DNA of 64,000 bases from an uncultured Acidobacteriota bacterium (GTDB lineage Bacteria; Acidobacteriota; UBA6911): contig CAWHCF010000022.1 in assembly GCA_963827655.1 (NCBI GenBank), positions 1 to 64,000 on the forward strand, in the 5' to 3' direction. A program made the translations under genes and the position numbers. Below, piece by piece: positions 47,941 through 57,521 of the stretch; position 1 is the first letter of the stretch, and the number at the start of each line of letters is the position of its first letter. A model generated the notes under the pieces. It was given only the letters and a program-made list of their open reading frames with translations. It searched no databases and had not been told where the DNA came from.

Positions 47941-50127
47941 ATGAGCGTGGCTATATTCCGAGCAGCACATCATCGGGTCTTTATCTCCCTGCCGATCGCG
48001 GCAGTTCTCTTCCTTTTTCCCTCGTCGATCCAGGCGGAAGATCCCGTCTTTCCCTACGGGGCCGTTTACTTCCGCAAGTCGAATCCTCCCGAACAGGACT
48101 GGGCGCGTGATCACAAGACCGCGGCTCAGGTTGGCATGAATACATTCCGCCACTGGTTCATGTGGTCGGCGATCGAGGTCGCTCCGGGCAAGTACGACTG
48201 GCGCGACTACGACAAGATGATGGACCTGGCCGCGGCCAACGGCATCAGGGTCGTGATCGCCGAGCTGATCACCGCGGCTCCGGAGTGGCTGTTCGAAAAA
48301 TATCCGCACGCGCGCTATCACGGAAGCGACGGCAGCGTGGTCCATAGTGGGATCTCGGGCAGCAGCGCCACCGGCGGGTTTCCGGGCGTCTGCCTGGACA
48401 ACGAAGAGGTGCGAGCGCTGGCCGAAACATTCTTGACCACCCTGGTCGAGCGTTATCGCAGCCATCCGGCCACAATCGCCTACGATCTCTGGAACGAAAA
48501 CACCTATAGCGGCGGCACTCAGCAGCGCATGTATTGCTACTGCGAGGCGACTCAGAAAAAATTTCGCGAGTGGCTCAAGACACGCTATACGACATTGGAT
48601 GCGCTGGGCGGCGCGTGGTACCGCTTCAGTTTCGCCGAGTGGGATTACGTCCGGCCGCCACGCACCTTCGCCGGCTATCCGGAGGCGCTGGACTGGCTGG
48701 AATTCCGGATCGATAATGCCTTCCGCCTGCTGCATTGGCGGTCGGAGCTATTCCGCCGCCTGGACCCCAAGCACAAGATTGCCGCGCACGGCGTGGCCGG
48801 GACACTGGAGACGCTCCCTTCCTCGACCACTGACGAATGGAGGTCGGCTGCGGAGGTGGATGTCTGGGGGTTCACCTGGGTTGCCTCGCGCAAGGGGAGC
48901 GAACCGTGGAAGCAGTTTCACGCCGTCGACCTGGTGCGGGCCGGCGCCCGAGGAAAGCCTTTCTGGCACGCCGAAGCACAAGCGGGGCCGCTCTGGATGC
49001 AACCGCAGGTGATCGGTCGTCCGCGCGAAGATGGCCGCATCACCGATGAAAAAGACGTTCGCCTCTGGAACCTGATTTCGTGCGCAGGGGGAGCCACGGG
49101 CATCCTCTACCCTCGGTTGCGTCCGTTACTCGACGGCCCGCTCTTCGGCGCCTTCGGCGCGTTCGCTATGGATGGATCGATCACGCCGCGCGCGGAGATG
49201 GCGGGCCGTGTGGCGCGCTGGGCCAACGCGCAGCCCGACATCTGGCGCTCTCGCCCGATAAAAGGCGAAATCGGCATCGTGTTTGTTCCGGAGGCCGAGA
49301 TATTCAACTATGTCCAGCAGGGGGATGCGAATCACTACGCCCAGTCGGCGCGTGGAGCATACCAGGCATTCTTCGATTCCAACATACAGGCCGATTGGGT
49401 CCACGTTGATCACATCCGGGAATACAAGATCGTCTACCTTCCCTACCCCGTCATGCTCAAGGAAGTCACCGCGCGCAAGCTGACCGAATTCGTGGAGCAA
49501 GGCGGTTCGCTCATCAGCGAAGGACTCCCGGGCTATTTCGGCGACCGGGGGCGGGCTGGTCCCGTGCAACCGAATCTCGGCCTCGACAGGTTATTCGGCG
49601 CTCGAGAGAGTTACGTGGAATTTACACCCGACCTGCTGGAGAACCTCACGTTTAAAGTCCGTTCGTCCCAGATCCACGGCAGGTTTTTCTTGCAGCAGTA
49701 TACCGCCGCAGGAGGAGTTCCGGTGGGAACCTACGAAGACGGAGCCGTGGCCGCCCTCGAGAATCGCTTTGGCAAGGGAAGGACCTTGCTGATCGGTTCG
49801 TTTCCCGGGGCCGGCTATTACCTCCATCGTTCGGCTGGAACGCGGACCTTTTTCGCCGGACTTCTCGACTGGGCAAGTACGGAGCCTCACCTCCGCTCGA
49901 GTGACAATGAAATGAAGGCTCGCCTGCACAAAGGCGATGGCGGGACTTACTTATGGGTGATCAATCCGACCCGGAAGACACGCAGCGCAGTCATTTCCAT
50001 GTCGCGCAGCTTGGGACAGTTCCAATCGGCCACTGAGCTCTGGCAAGGACAAAAGGTATCCCTAAAGAGCAGCAACATCGAGATCACAGTGGCCGATCGC
50101 GACGCTGCTGTAATTCGACTGCAGTAA
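47941..50127 (+). CDS. GH42-like beta-galactosidase (secreted)
   Basis: YGAVYF, WSAIEVAPGKYDW, LWNE acid/base, CYCEAT, WHAEAQ nucleophile region, trimerisation-like domain. Confidence 0.88.
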   Translation: MSVAIFRAAHHRVFISLPIAAVLFLFPSSIQAEDPVFPYGAVYFRKSNPPEQDWARDHKTAAQVGMNTFRHWFMWSAIEVAPGKYDWRDYDKMMDLAAANGIRVVIAELITAAPEWLFEKYPHARYHGSDGSVVHSGISGSSATGGFPGVCLDNEEVRALAETFLTTLVERYRSHPATIAYDLWNENTYSGGTQQRMYCYCEATQKKFREWLKTRYTTLDALGGAWYRFSFAEWDYVRPPRTFAGYPEALDWLEFRIDNAFRLLHWRSELFRRLDPKHKIAAHGVAGTLETLPSSTTDEWRSAAEVDVWGFTWVASRKGSEPWKQFHAVDLVRAGARGKPFWHAEAQAGPLWMQPQVIGRPREDGRITDEKDVRLWNLISCAGGATGILYPRLRPLLDGPLFGAFGAFAMDGSITPRAEMAGRVARWANAQPDIWRSRPIKGEIGIVFVPEAEIFNYVQQGDANHYAQSARGAYQAFFDSNIQADWVHVDHIREYKIVYLPYPVMLKEVTARKLTEFVEQGGSLISEGLPGYFGDRGRAGPVQPNLGLDRLFGARESYVEFTPDLLENLTFKVRSSQIHGRFFLQQYTAAGGVPVGTYEDGAVAALENRFGKGRTLLIGSFPGAGYYLHRSAGTRTFFAGLLDWASTEPHLRSSDNEMKARLHKGDGGTYLWVINPTRKTRSAVISMSRSLGQFQSATELWQGQKVSLKSSNIEITVADRDAAVIRLQ

Positions 50128-50139
50128 CCGCCGTCCTCG

Positions 50140-50225
50140 CGTTTCTTCGTGTCTTCGCGTCTTCGTGGTTAGTGCGGCGGAACAAAACCAACCACCAAGA
50201 CTCAGGAAGACTCGAAGAAACGCCA
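50140..50225. repeat. Hairpin repeat, CTTCGTGTCTT family
   Basis: TTTCTTCGTGTCTTCGCGTCTTCGTGGTT...AACCACCAAGACTCAGGAAGACTCGAAGAAA, between convergent genes. Confidence 0.8.
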
Positions 50226-50301
50226 GGAAACTTGTGGAAAAAACAAGGAAGTACCGTCTATGCCCGCCGGCGCCCTGGAGGCGCCGGCGGGGGCGGCACG
50301 A

Positions 50302-53300
50302 TCAAAAATGCAGCTTCAGGTTGTACTGAAACTCGCGGCCGGTTCGTCCCCTGGAGCTGCTGGAACGTTCGGCCGAAGTTCGAACGGGTGACGCGCAGCT
50401 CGGGGTCGGCGGCCGTGAACGTGTTGCTCACGTTGTAGGACTCCATCTTGAACTCGAGCTGGAACCGCTCGGTCAGGTTGAAGAACTTGGCGAGCGTCAC
50501 GTCGAGGTTCTTGTAGCCAGGTCCGAAAATGCCCGAGAAGGACTTGGGGTTCGTCCGCGGCGTAAAAGCGGCGGACTGCTTGAACGCCGCCGGATCGAAC
50601 ATGAGCCCCCACTTGGACGGGTTATCGATCTCCGGGTCGCCGACAACGTCCATCTGGTCGAAGCGCAGGAGGTTGCCGGAGTTGTAGTAGTAGGCGGCGG
50701 TTGTGGTCCAGCCGCCGACAATCGCATCCACCACAGCCGGGACGCCGTTGAAGAAGCGGCGCCCGCGGCCGAAGGGAAAATCGTAGACGCCGGCGATTGT
50801 GGTGCGGTGACGAGGTCGCACCCCGTCCTCAAACCGGAAACGGCCGGCGTACTCCTCGTCGATGTTGAAGAATTCTTCCTGGCGTTCGCGGTTGTAATTA
50901 TAGGCGAGCAGGAAGTTGAAACCGTCGGCGAAGTGGCGCTGAACCCTGAGCTGCATCGAATGGTAGCGTTCGCGGATGCCGGGTGTGTTGGTCTGGTTCA
51001 CGTTGCCGTACTGGGGGAAGGGCTTCAACAGATCGGCGAGCGTCACCTGCTCGAGGTTCCGGAGCTGGCCGGGGAACTTGTCGGGCGTGAGGTAGTTGTA
51101 GAAGGGGTTGCTGACGCGCCGATTCAGAGCGGTCTGATGGGTGTAGCTTAGCTGCGGGTCCATGAGGTTGAAGCGTTTCGTGTAGGGGAGATCGCGGCCA
51201 ATGTTTGCGAAGTAGGTAACCTCGGCGACGAACTTGTGGACAAGCTCGCGCTGCAACGTGACGCTGAAGCGGTCGTTGACGTTCGGCCGGAAGTCTCCGA
51301 TGTCGGTGATGGCGTCGCCACCCAGGTTGGTATAGCGTCCCAGAGACTTCCCGACGACGGGGATCAGCGGATTCGAGGACGGGAAAGGATCGCTCCACAC
51401 AGTCTGGGGCTTGCCTTCGAGGACCGGGGCCATGCGGGTCAGCGCGGAGAATCCGGGGTAAGGCAGATTCCCGATGACGTCTGCCTGGACGTGAGCCGGG
51501 GTAAGAAAACGGGCGTAACCGACCCGCAGCGCCGTCCGGTCATTCAAGCGAATCGCGAGTCCGACCCGGGGCAATAGATTCAGCTTTTTGGGGTCCCACA
51601 GTCCCCGGGTCTTTTCATCCGTGAAGCTCCAGGCGCCGTTGAACTGGTAGGGCTGATTCATCAAATCGCGCGCTTCTTGCGGAATATTGGGCGGGTTGGT
51701 TTGCATTTCCGGGATTGGATCCGTGCGATCGAACGGGCGCGAGAGACGGTACAGGTCGCGGTCGTAAATGGCGCCCTCGTGTTCGTAGCGCAGCCCCAGG
51801 TTCAGGGTAATGGTCCGGTTGATCTTGAAGTCGTCCTGGATGAAAAAGCCCAGGTACCGCACCGTAGGAAACAGGAAGGGAGTGGTCTGGGCGGAGGAGT
51901 CGCTGTCGAGAGCGCCCAACAGCATAGTCGCCCACGGGTCCCCGTTTGAGCGGGTGTTCGGGTTGATGAACGTCTCGGCGGTCAGCGCCCGGCTGAAACG
52001 GAAATCAAAGTATCTCGGGCTTGCCGAAAAAACCCGCAGATAGCGCCATTCTCCACCGGTCTTGATATAGTGCCGGCCCACCTGTTTCGAGATCTTCCCC
52101 GACAGAGAGTAGTTCTCGGGGTGCTGGAAAAACCAGCTGCTCTTGCCGAAGATAGTTCCGTCGACGTTGACGCCAGGGTAGAAGAAGAGGTGCAGGGGGT
52201 TGATGTAAGAACTCCACCAGTCGTGGGACCAGAACTCCGAGAGCCTGGAAGGGGCCATCTTCTGCTTGGAGCCGTCGTAGTCATCCTCCATCGAGATATA
52301 GTTGCCCCGGATGTTAATGACCGTTGTGGGATTGAGTGTGTAGACCATGTCTCCGGAGACATTCAGGGAGTTCATGATGCCGCTGTTGAGGTCCTCGTAG
52401 ACGATGGTCCCGTTGGGCGTGTAGTCCTGATCAATAAGGTCGGTGCGGAAGCGGCTGAAGCGCCCGAATACCTTCAACCTCTCGTTGATCAGATAGTCGG
52501 TCCGGGTACTGATATTGTGATAGGTGTTGGCGCGTGCGTAGTCGGCCCGGAAGTTGTTGACGCCGGTGATGTCATCGCCGGGGCGGTTCCCGTCCCACAT
52601 TTCCTTGATGAACTTCCGCGAGGTGGGATCCTGGCGCGACATGGGGATGATATTGCCCGGGAAAGGATCGCGGGTGACCCGGCCGGCGGAGTCCAAACGT
52701 GTGGAAAACGGGTCGAAGATAGTGCGAAGGCCGCCGGAGGCGTTCAGCGACTGGGAGAAGTCGCCTTCCCGCTCGAGCCGGGTCGGCATCGTCATGACGC
52801 GGCTTCTGGGCTCCAGCTGGTTCCAGTGCTCGAAGGCGAAGAAGTGGAAAAGCTTGTTGGGAATGATGGGGTGCCCGACGGTGCCTCCCCAGATGTGGTT
52901 GCGAACCAGGTTGGGCGCATGGGTGATGGAGTTCGACGCGGCGTTCAGGGCCGGATTTCGGCCGAAATAATACAGGCCGCCGTGCACGTCATTGGTCCCG
53001 GACTTCATTGACACGTTCAGGATGCCGCCCGCGCTGTGACCGTACTCGGCGTCGACGCTGTTCTGCTGGACGCTGACTTCAGTGACGGCGTCCATGGTAG
53101 GCGCATAGGTTCCCTTCGGACCTACCTGGGCCGGCATGCCGTCGATCAGCGTGTCGTTCTTGGTGCTGGTCGGGCCGCCCACTTCGAGCTGCGTTGCGGC
53201 CCACATCTTGAAAGGGGTTCGTTCGAGCGTATAGCGGTTGACTACGGCGGGGTCGAGCAGCGCCAGGGTGAAAGGGTTGCGGGCCATCACAGGCAGATTC

Positions 53301-53722
53301 TTCACCATGGTGTTATCGACCGTCAGATCCATGCTACTGGTATTGAACTGGATGGGTACCGGGCTGTCGATGACCTTGATGGTTTCGGCCACCGCCCCGA
53401 CCTGCAGGGTCGCGTTGACAGTGATGTCACCGCGGTTCTGGACCAGGATGTTTTCCTGGAGGAAGCGGCTGAAGCCTTGCATCTCGACCGTCAAGGAATA
53501 GCGTCCGGGCTCCACCAGGTCGAACAGGTAGCGGCCGTGGCTGTCTGTTTGTTTGAGGTTTTCAACACCGGTCGCGACGTTGACGAGCCGGACCGTTGCG
53601 CCGGAGACGACGGCGCTACTGGGATCGGTGACGCTGCCCTGGATTCTGCCGCGGTATTCTTGCGCGGGCAATCCGGCAGCGAGCAAGAGGGTGATCAAGA
53701 TAGGCATTCCTTTGGATTTCAT
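50302..53722 (-). CDS. TonB-dependent receptor (Oar-like, carboxypeptidase-regulatory N-domain)
   Basis: GSVTDPSSAVVSGATV, LPVMARNPFTL, AEYGHSAGG, QDDFKINRTITLNLGLRYE; reassembled C-terminus REFQYNLKLHF. Confidence 0.92.
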
Positions 53723-53965
53723 GGTTTAAACTCCCATCCGGCAGGATTTGAATCGAGGCGGGCCGGAGGCAGAAATCAACCGCCGCGGCCCTGAGGGAAG
53801 CGGATCCGGCGCAGCCTCTGGCAGGATTTGGCAGGCGCATCGGAATCTCGTCTTACAGGAAAATCAGCTTTCAAATACTTGAGCAGGAATATACATCCTG
53901 CTACCAGAGGAGATCAACGCTTTGTAGGAAATAAAAAGAGGGCGGAGCTTGAGGTCGGCGAATTC

Positions 53966-54045
53966 GCTTCTTCGAGTCTTGGTGTCTTCGTGGTTAGTGC
54001 TGGTAGAACCAAAGACCCAACCTCTAAGACATGAAGACTCGAGTT
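53966..54045. repeat. Hairpin repeat, CTTCGTGTCTT family
   Basis: CTTCTTCGAGTCTTGGTGTCTTCGTGGTTAGTGC...AAGACATGAAGACTCGAG; shares GTCTTCGTGGTTAGTGC with the 50140 copy. Confidence 0.8.
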
Positions 54046-54118
54046 TGCAAAGGCGGGACCGGTGACCCTATCATGTCCGTCGGCACGATCGAGCAATCTA
54101 GTTCATGGGAAGGATCTC

Positions 54119-55094
54119 GTGGAGTTCGGCGTCTCACTACCCAGCCGCGGCGCGCTCGCCAAACCGGATCTCATCCTGAAGATCGCGGAGAAGGCCGAGG
54201 CCTTGCGGTATGATTCCCTGTTTGTCTCCGATCATATCGTGCTTCCGGCGTCCTACGCCTCCGCGTATCCCTACTCACCCACGCGACAGTTCCCCGGCGG
54301 GGCGGTCCAGGATTATCTCGAGCCGCTCGCGACGCTGAGCTATCTTGCGCACGCGACCAGGCGTGTCCGGCTCGGCACGAGCGTCCTCGTCGTTCCTTAC
54401 CGAAACCCGCTCGTCACGGCCAAGATCCTCGCGACCATCGACGTGCTCTCCGGCGGGCGCGTCATCCTCGGCGCCGGCGTCGGATGGATGCGCGAGGAGT
54501 TCGAAGCGCTGGCCACGGCCCCGTTCGAGGCGCGCGGCGAGGTAACCGACGAGTACCTGACGCTCATGCGCCGGAGCTGGACCACGGACCCGGTAAGCTT
54601 CGAGGGTCGGCACTACACCGTGCGCGACGTCCACGCGCTCCCCAAGCCGGTCCAGCCCGGTGGGATTCCGATCTGGATTGGCGGACACACGCCTGGCGCG
54701 CTCCGGCGTACCGGCGCATTGGGTGACGGATGGCATCCGATCGGCCAGCGACCACCCGCAATGCTGCTGCCGGAAGAGTACGCGGCGATGGTGAAGCAGA
54801 TCCACGCGGCGGCCCAGCGCGCAGGACGCGATCCCGGCAGCATACGGCTGACGTTCCGCGCGCCCATGGAGGTGCGTTCGCCCCGCTGCCAAGGCGCCGC
54901 GCGGCGACCGCATGATGTTTCAGGGCACCGCTGCCGAGGTGCTCACAGACCTCCGCGCGTATGCTGCCGTCGGCGTCAGTCACGTCGTGTTCGATGCCAC
55001 GGTGCAAGATCTGAAGGCCGTGCTCGCGAATCTCGAGCGCTTCGCCGACGAAGTCCGCCCGAAGCTTGTCTCCGGGGCCACTCACCCCGCGTGA
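54119..55094 (+). CDS. LLM-class, probably F420-dependent, oxidoreductase (frameshift near 54890)
   Basis: FVSDHIVLP, VRLGTSVLVVPYRNP, LATIDVLSGGRVILGAGVGWMREEF, PKPVQPGGIPIWIGG. Confidence 0.88.
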
Positions 55095-55160
55095 TTCCTG
55101 ACCATCCCGGCTTCTTCCGCTGGTTTGAAACATCTTTTCTGAATACAATGATCTTCTGTG

Positions 55161-55385
55161 AATGCTGATTCCCGCCCTCCAAATGAACGTCGCGTTCCAT
55201 CGAAGGTCCTCGCCGAGGTCCGAAAGAACCGTCACGTCCGCCGCGATCTGCGAACGACCGGGGAGCGCATGGAAGCAGCTTTCGAGTTGAGTCTCGAAGC
55301 GCGCGCCTGGTTTCGTTCCGGGCTGAAGTCCCGAGGGTTCTCCGACTCCGAAAGTGCGGCCATCTTTCGCGCCAGACGTTCATGA
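55161..55385 (+). CDS. Small helical protein, probable partner/antitoxin of a nucleotidyltransferase
   Basis: TTGERMEAAFELSLEAR motif; ATGA overlap with the next gene. Confidence 0.5.
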   Translation, partial: NADSRPPNERRVPSKVLAEVRKNRHVRRDLRTTGERMEAAFELSLEARAWFRSGLKSRGFSDSESAAIFRARRS

Positions 55386-55534
55386 CACTCAGGGACCTGA
55401 TCGCCCCGATCGACGAACTCCTTCGCCAGGAGAGAATCCGATACGCAGTAATCGGCGGGTATGCGGTAGCGGCCTTACACGCCGTAACTTCTTGCTTTTT
55501 CGGCAAGATTCTTGGTGTTTCTTCGTGTCTTTGA
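55382..55534 (+). pseudogene. Truncated nucleotidyltransferase (N-terminal fragment)
   Basis: MTLRDLIAPIDELLRQERIRYAVIGGYAVAA then runs into the hairpin repeat and stops. Confidence 0.6.
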
Positions 55535-55630
55535 GTCTTCGTGGTATTTGCTTAGACAGCTCTAACCACAAAGACACGAAGACACAAAGAAACACTAAGA
55601 GCACTTCGGGTTGCGGCCTCATGGCCGCGA
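55508..55630. repeat. Full-length hairpin repeat with GGTTGCGGCC...GGCCGCG tail
   Basis: CTTGGTGTTTCTTCGTGTCTTTGAGTCTTCGTGGT...ACCACAAAGACACGAAGACACAAAGAAACACTAAG. Confidence 0.85.
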
Positions 55631-55670
55631 TTGTGAAGCTGCGCTATTCGGGATCTGCCGCCGGCGCGCG

Positions 55671-56930
55671 CTAAGCCCTGCGCACCATGGCGGGCACGAG
55701 GTGTTTGATCGAAGGGGCGCCGAGCTGCTGCATGATAACGCGCAGCTCGACGCGCAGCAATTCAAGCACGCGCTCCACGCCCGGCTGGCCGAACGCGCCC
55801 AGACCCCAGACACAGGGCCGGCCGATGCACACTCCTTGCGCGCCCATCGCCAGCGCCTTTGCGATGTCGGTGCCGCGACGGAAGCCGCCGTCGATCAAAA
55901 TCGGCATCCGGCCGCGAACCGCCTTGACGATCTCCGGCAGAACGTCGATGGTCGATTGCCCGCTGTCCTCGCTACGCCCGCCATGATTGGAGACGATGAT
56001 CGCGTCGATGCCGGCGTCGGCGGCGAGGACGGCGTCCTCGTGGGCCAGAATGCCCTTGATCACGATTTTCATCCTGGTCAGATCGCGCAGCCGCTTGATG
56101 AACTCCCAGGTCAGGTTGGATGATTGGATGTGTGTCAGCCCGGTGATGTCGACGCCCTCATACATGGACCTGCGATTGAGGTCCGCCTGCAGGCTGCTGC
56201 GGTCGTGGCAGCTGGAACAATTTCGCGTGTCGGTGCGCTGCAGCCGAAGGAAAGTTTCCTGGTTGCGACCGCCGGTGCGATCGACCGTCACCGCGACCAC
56301 CGGGCAGCCCGCCTTTTCCGCGCGTATCACGAAGGCTTTCGCGACTTCCCATTTGTTCGTGGCGTAGAGCTGGTACCAAACCGCAGCACCTCGGGCGGCG
56401 GTAACATCTTCGACCCCGGTGGTCGTGTTGGTGGAGAGGATCTGCAGGTGGTTTCCGGCTTTCGCCCCCTTGGCCGTTGCGATTTCGCCCTCCGGATGAT
56501 ACATCCTTTGACCGCCGACTGGCGCGATGATGATCGGCGTCTCGTATTTCACTCCAAGGATCTCGGTACTCATGTCCACCTTGCTGACGTCGACCAGCCG
56601 GCGCGGCCGGAGCTGGAACTTCAGGAAGTCGTCGCGGTTGGCGCGCAAGGTCACTTCATCATCGATGCCCGACGCCATGTAGCCGAAGTGCGCCGGTGGC
56701 ACATTTCGACGCATCACCGGCTCGAAATCGAAGACGTTGATGGCATCCTTCGGATTGCTGATCAAGCTCTCGGCATCGAGCGGCCTCCCCGCCGACGGGT
56801 CGCGCTGCTTCGGCTTCGGCAGAAAGGGTTCGGCCAAAGCCCAACCCGCTCCCGCGGCGAACAGGGGACTTCCGGCCAGGAATTGCAAGAACCGGCGACG
56901 GCTGGTCGCTGGATCAACAAAGGACGGCAT
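55671..56930 (-). CDS. Tat-exported FMN-dependent alpha-hydroxy acid oxidase/dehydrogenase
   Basis: SRRRFLQFL; IAPVGGQ; WYQLY; IVSNHGGR; DGGFRRGTDIAKALAMGA. Confidence 0.93.
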   Translation of the reverse strand: MPSFVDPATSRRRFLQFLAGSPLFAAGAGWALAEPFLPKPKQRDPSAGRPLDAESLISNPKDAINVFDFEPVMRRNVPPAHFGYMASGIDDEVTLRANRDDFLKFQLRPRRLVDVSKVDMSTEILGVKYETPIIIAPVGGQRMYHPEGEIATAKGAKAGNHLQILSTNTTTGVEDVTAARGAAVWYQLYATNKWEVAKAFVIRAEKAGCPVVAVTVDRTGGRNQETFLRLQRTDTRNCSSCHDRSSLQADLNRRSMYEGVDITGLTHIQSSNLTWEFIKRLRDLTRMKIVIKGILAHEDAVLAADAGIDAIIVSNHGGRSEDSGQSTIDVLPEIVKAVRGRMPILIDGGFRRGTDIAKALAMGAQGVCIGRPCVWGLGAFGQPGVERVLELLRVELRVIMQQLGAPSIKHLVPAMVRRA

Positions 56931-57010
56931 GACGGACCTCCTCCGGTCTCAGGCCTTCCGGAAATCGCATAGGTAAACTTCTCCCGAGATTTCTCATGAC
57001 TGTTCCGGAA

Positions 57011-57400
57011 TTCAAGTAGACGTGGATTTTACACCATGGAAGGTCCGCAGTGTGAAATTTGCAGGAATATCCTGCGCGGCTGAGGCCGCAACCAAGGATT
57101 CGAGATACGTGGAGCCGCCGCGCGCTGAGCTTCAGCACTCAAGCCAAGACTTCTTCGCAAAATACAAAGAAGTCGGACGCAAAGAGATCTTGGATTCCGA
57201 ACGGAAGCGGAGGGCTTACTGCCCGAGCGCCTGTGGCACGGGTCCGAGACTGTGCACCCGCGCCTCATGACGGCCGAGCTTCAAGTAGACGCTTTCGGAA
57301 TTCCTGAACCATGGAGAGTAAGGCATAGCGTAGAAACTTGCAGAGCAATCCCATCTCCACGAGCGTCCGAGCTGAGGCCGACTACCATGGAATCTGAGTT
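57011..57400 (+). repeat. Degenerate direct-repeat pair
   Basis: TTCAAGTAGACG...ACCATGGA...GAAAYTTGCAG...GCTGAGGCCG occur in the same order from 57011 and from 57279. Confidence 0.65.
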
Positions 57401-57521
57401 GCCGGATGTCCCGTCGCCAGTAACGTAATCGGGAAGAACTCAGCCTAAATGCAGGTCGGACGGGCCTTGATAGCCCGTCCGCACAATTTTTTGCGTGTAA
57501 ACCGCAGCACTTCTGTTCGGA

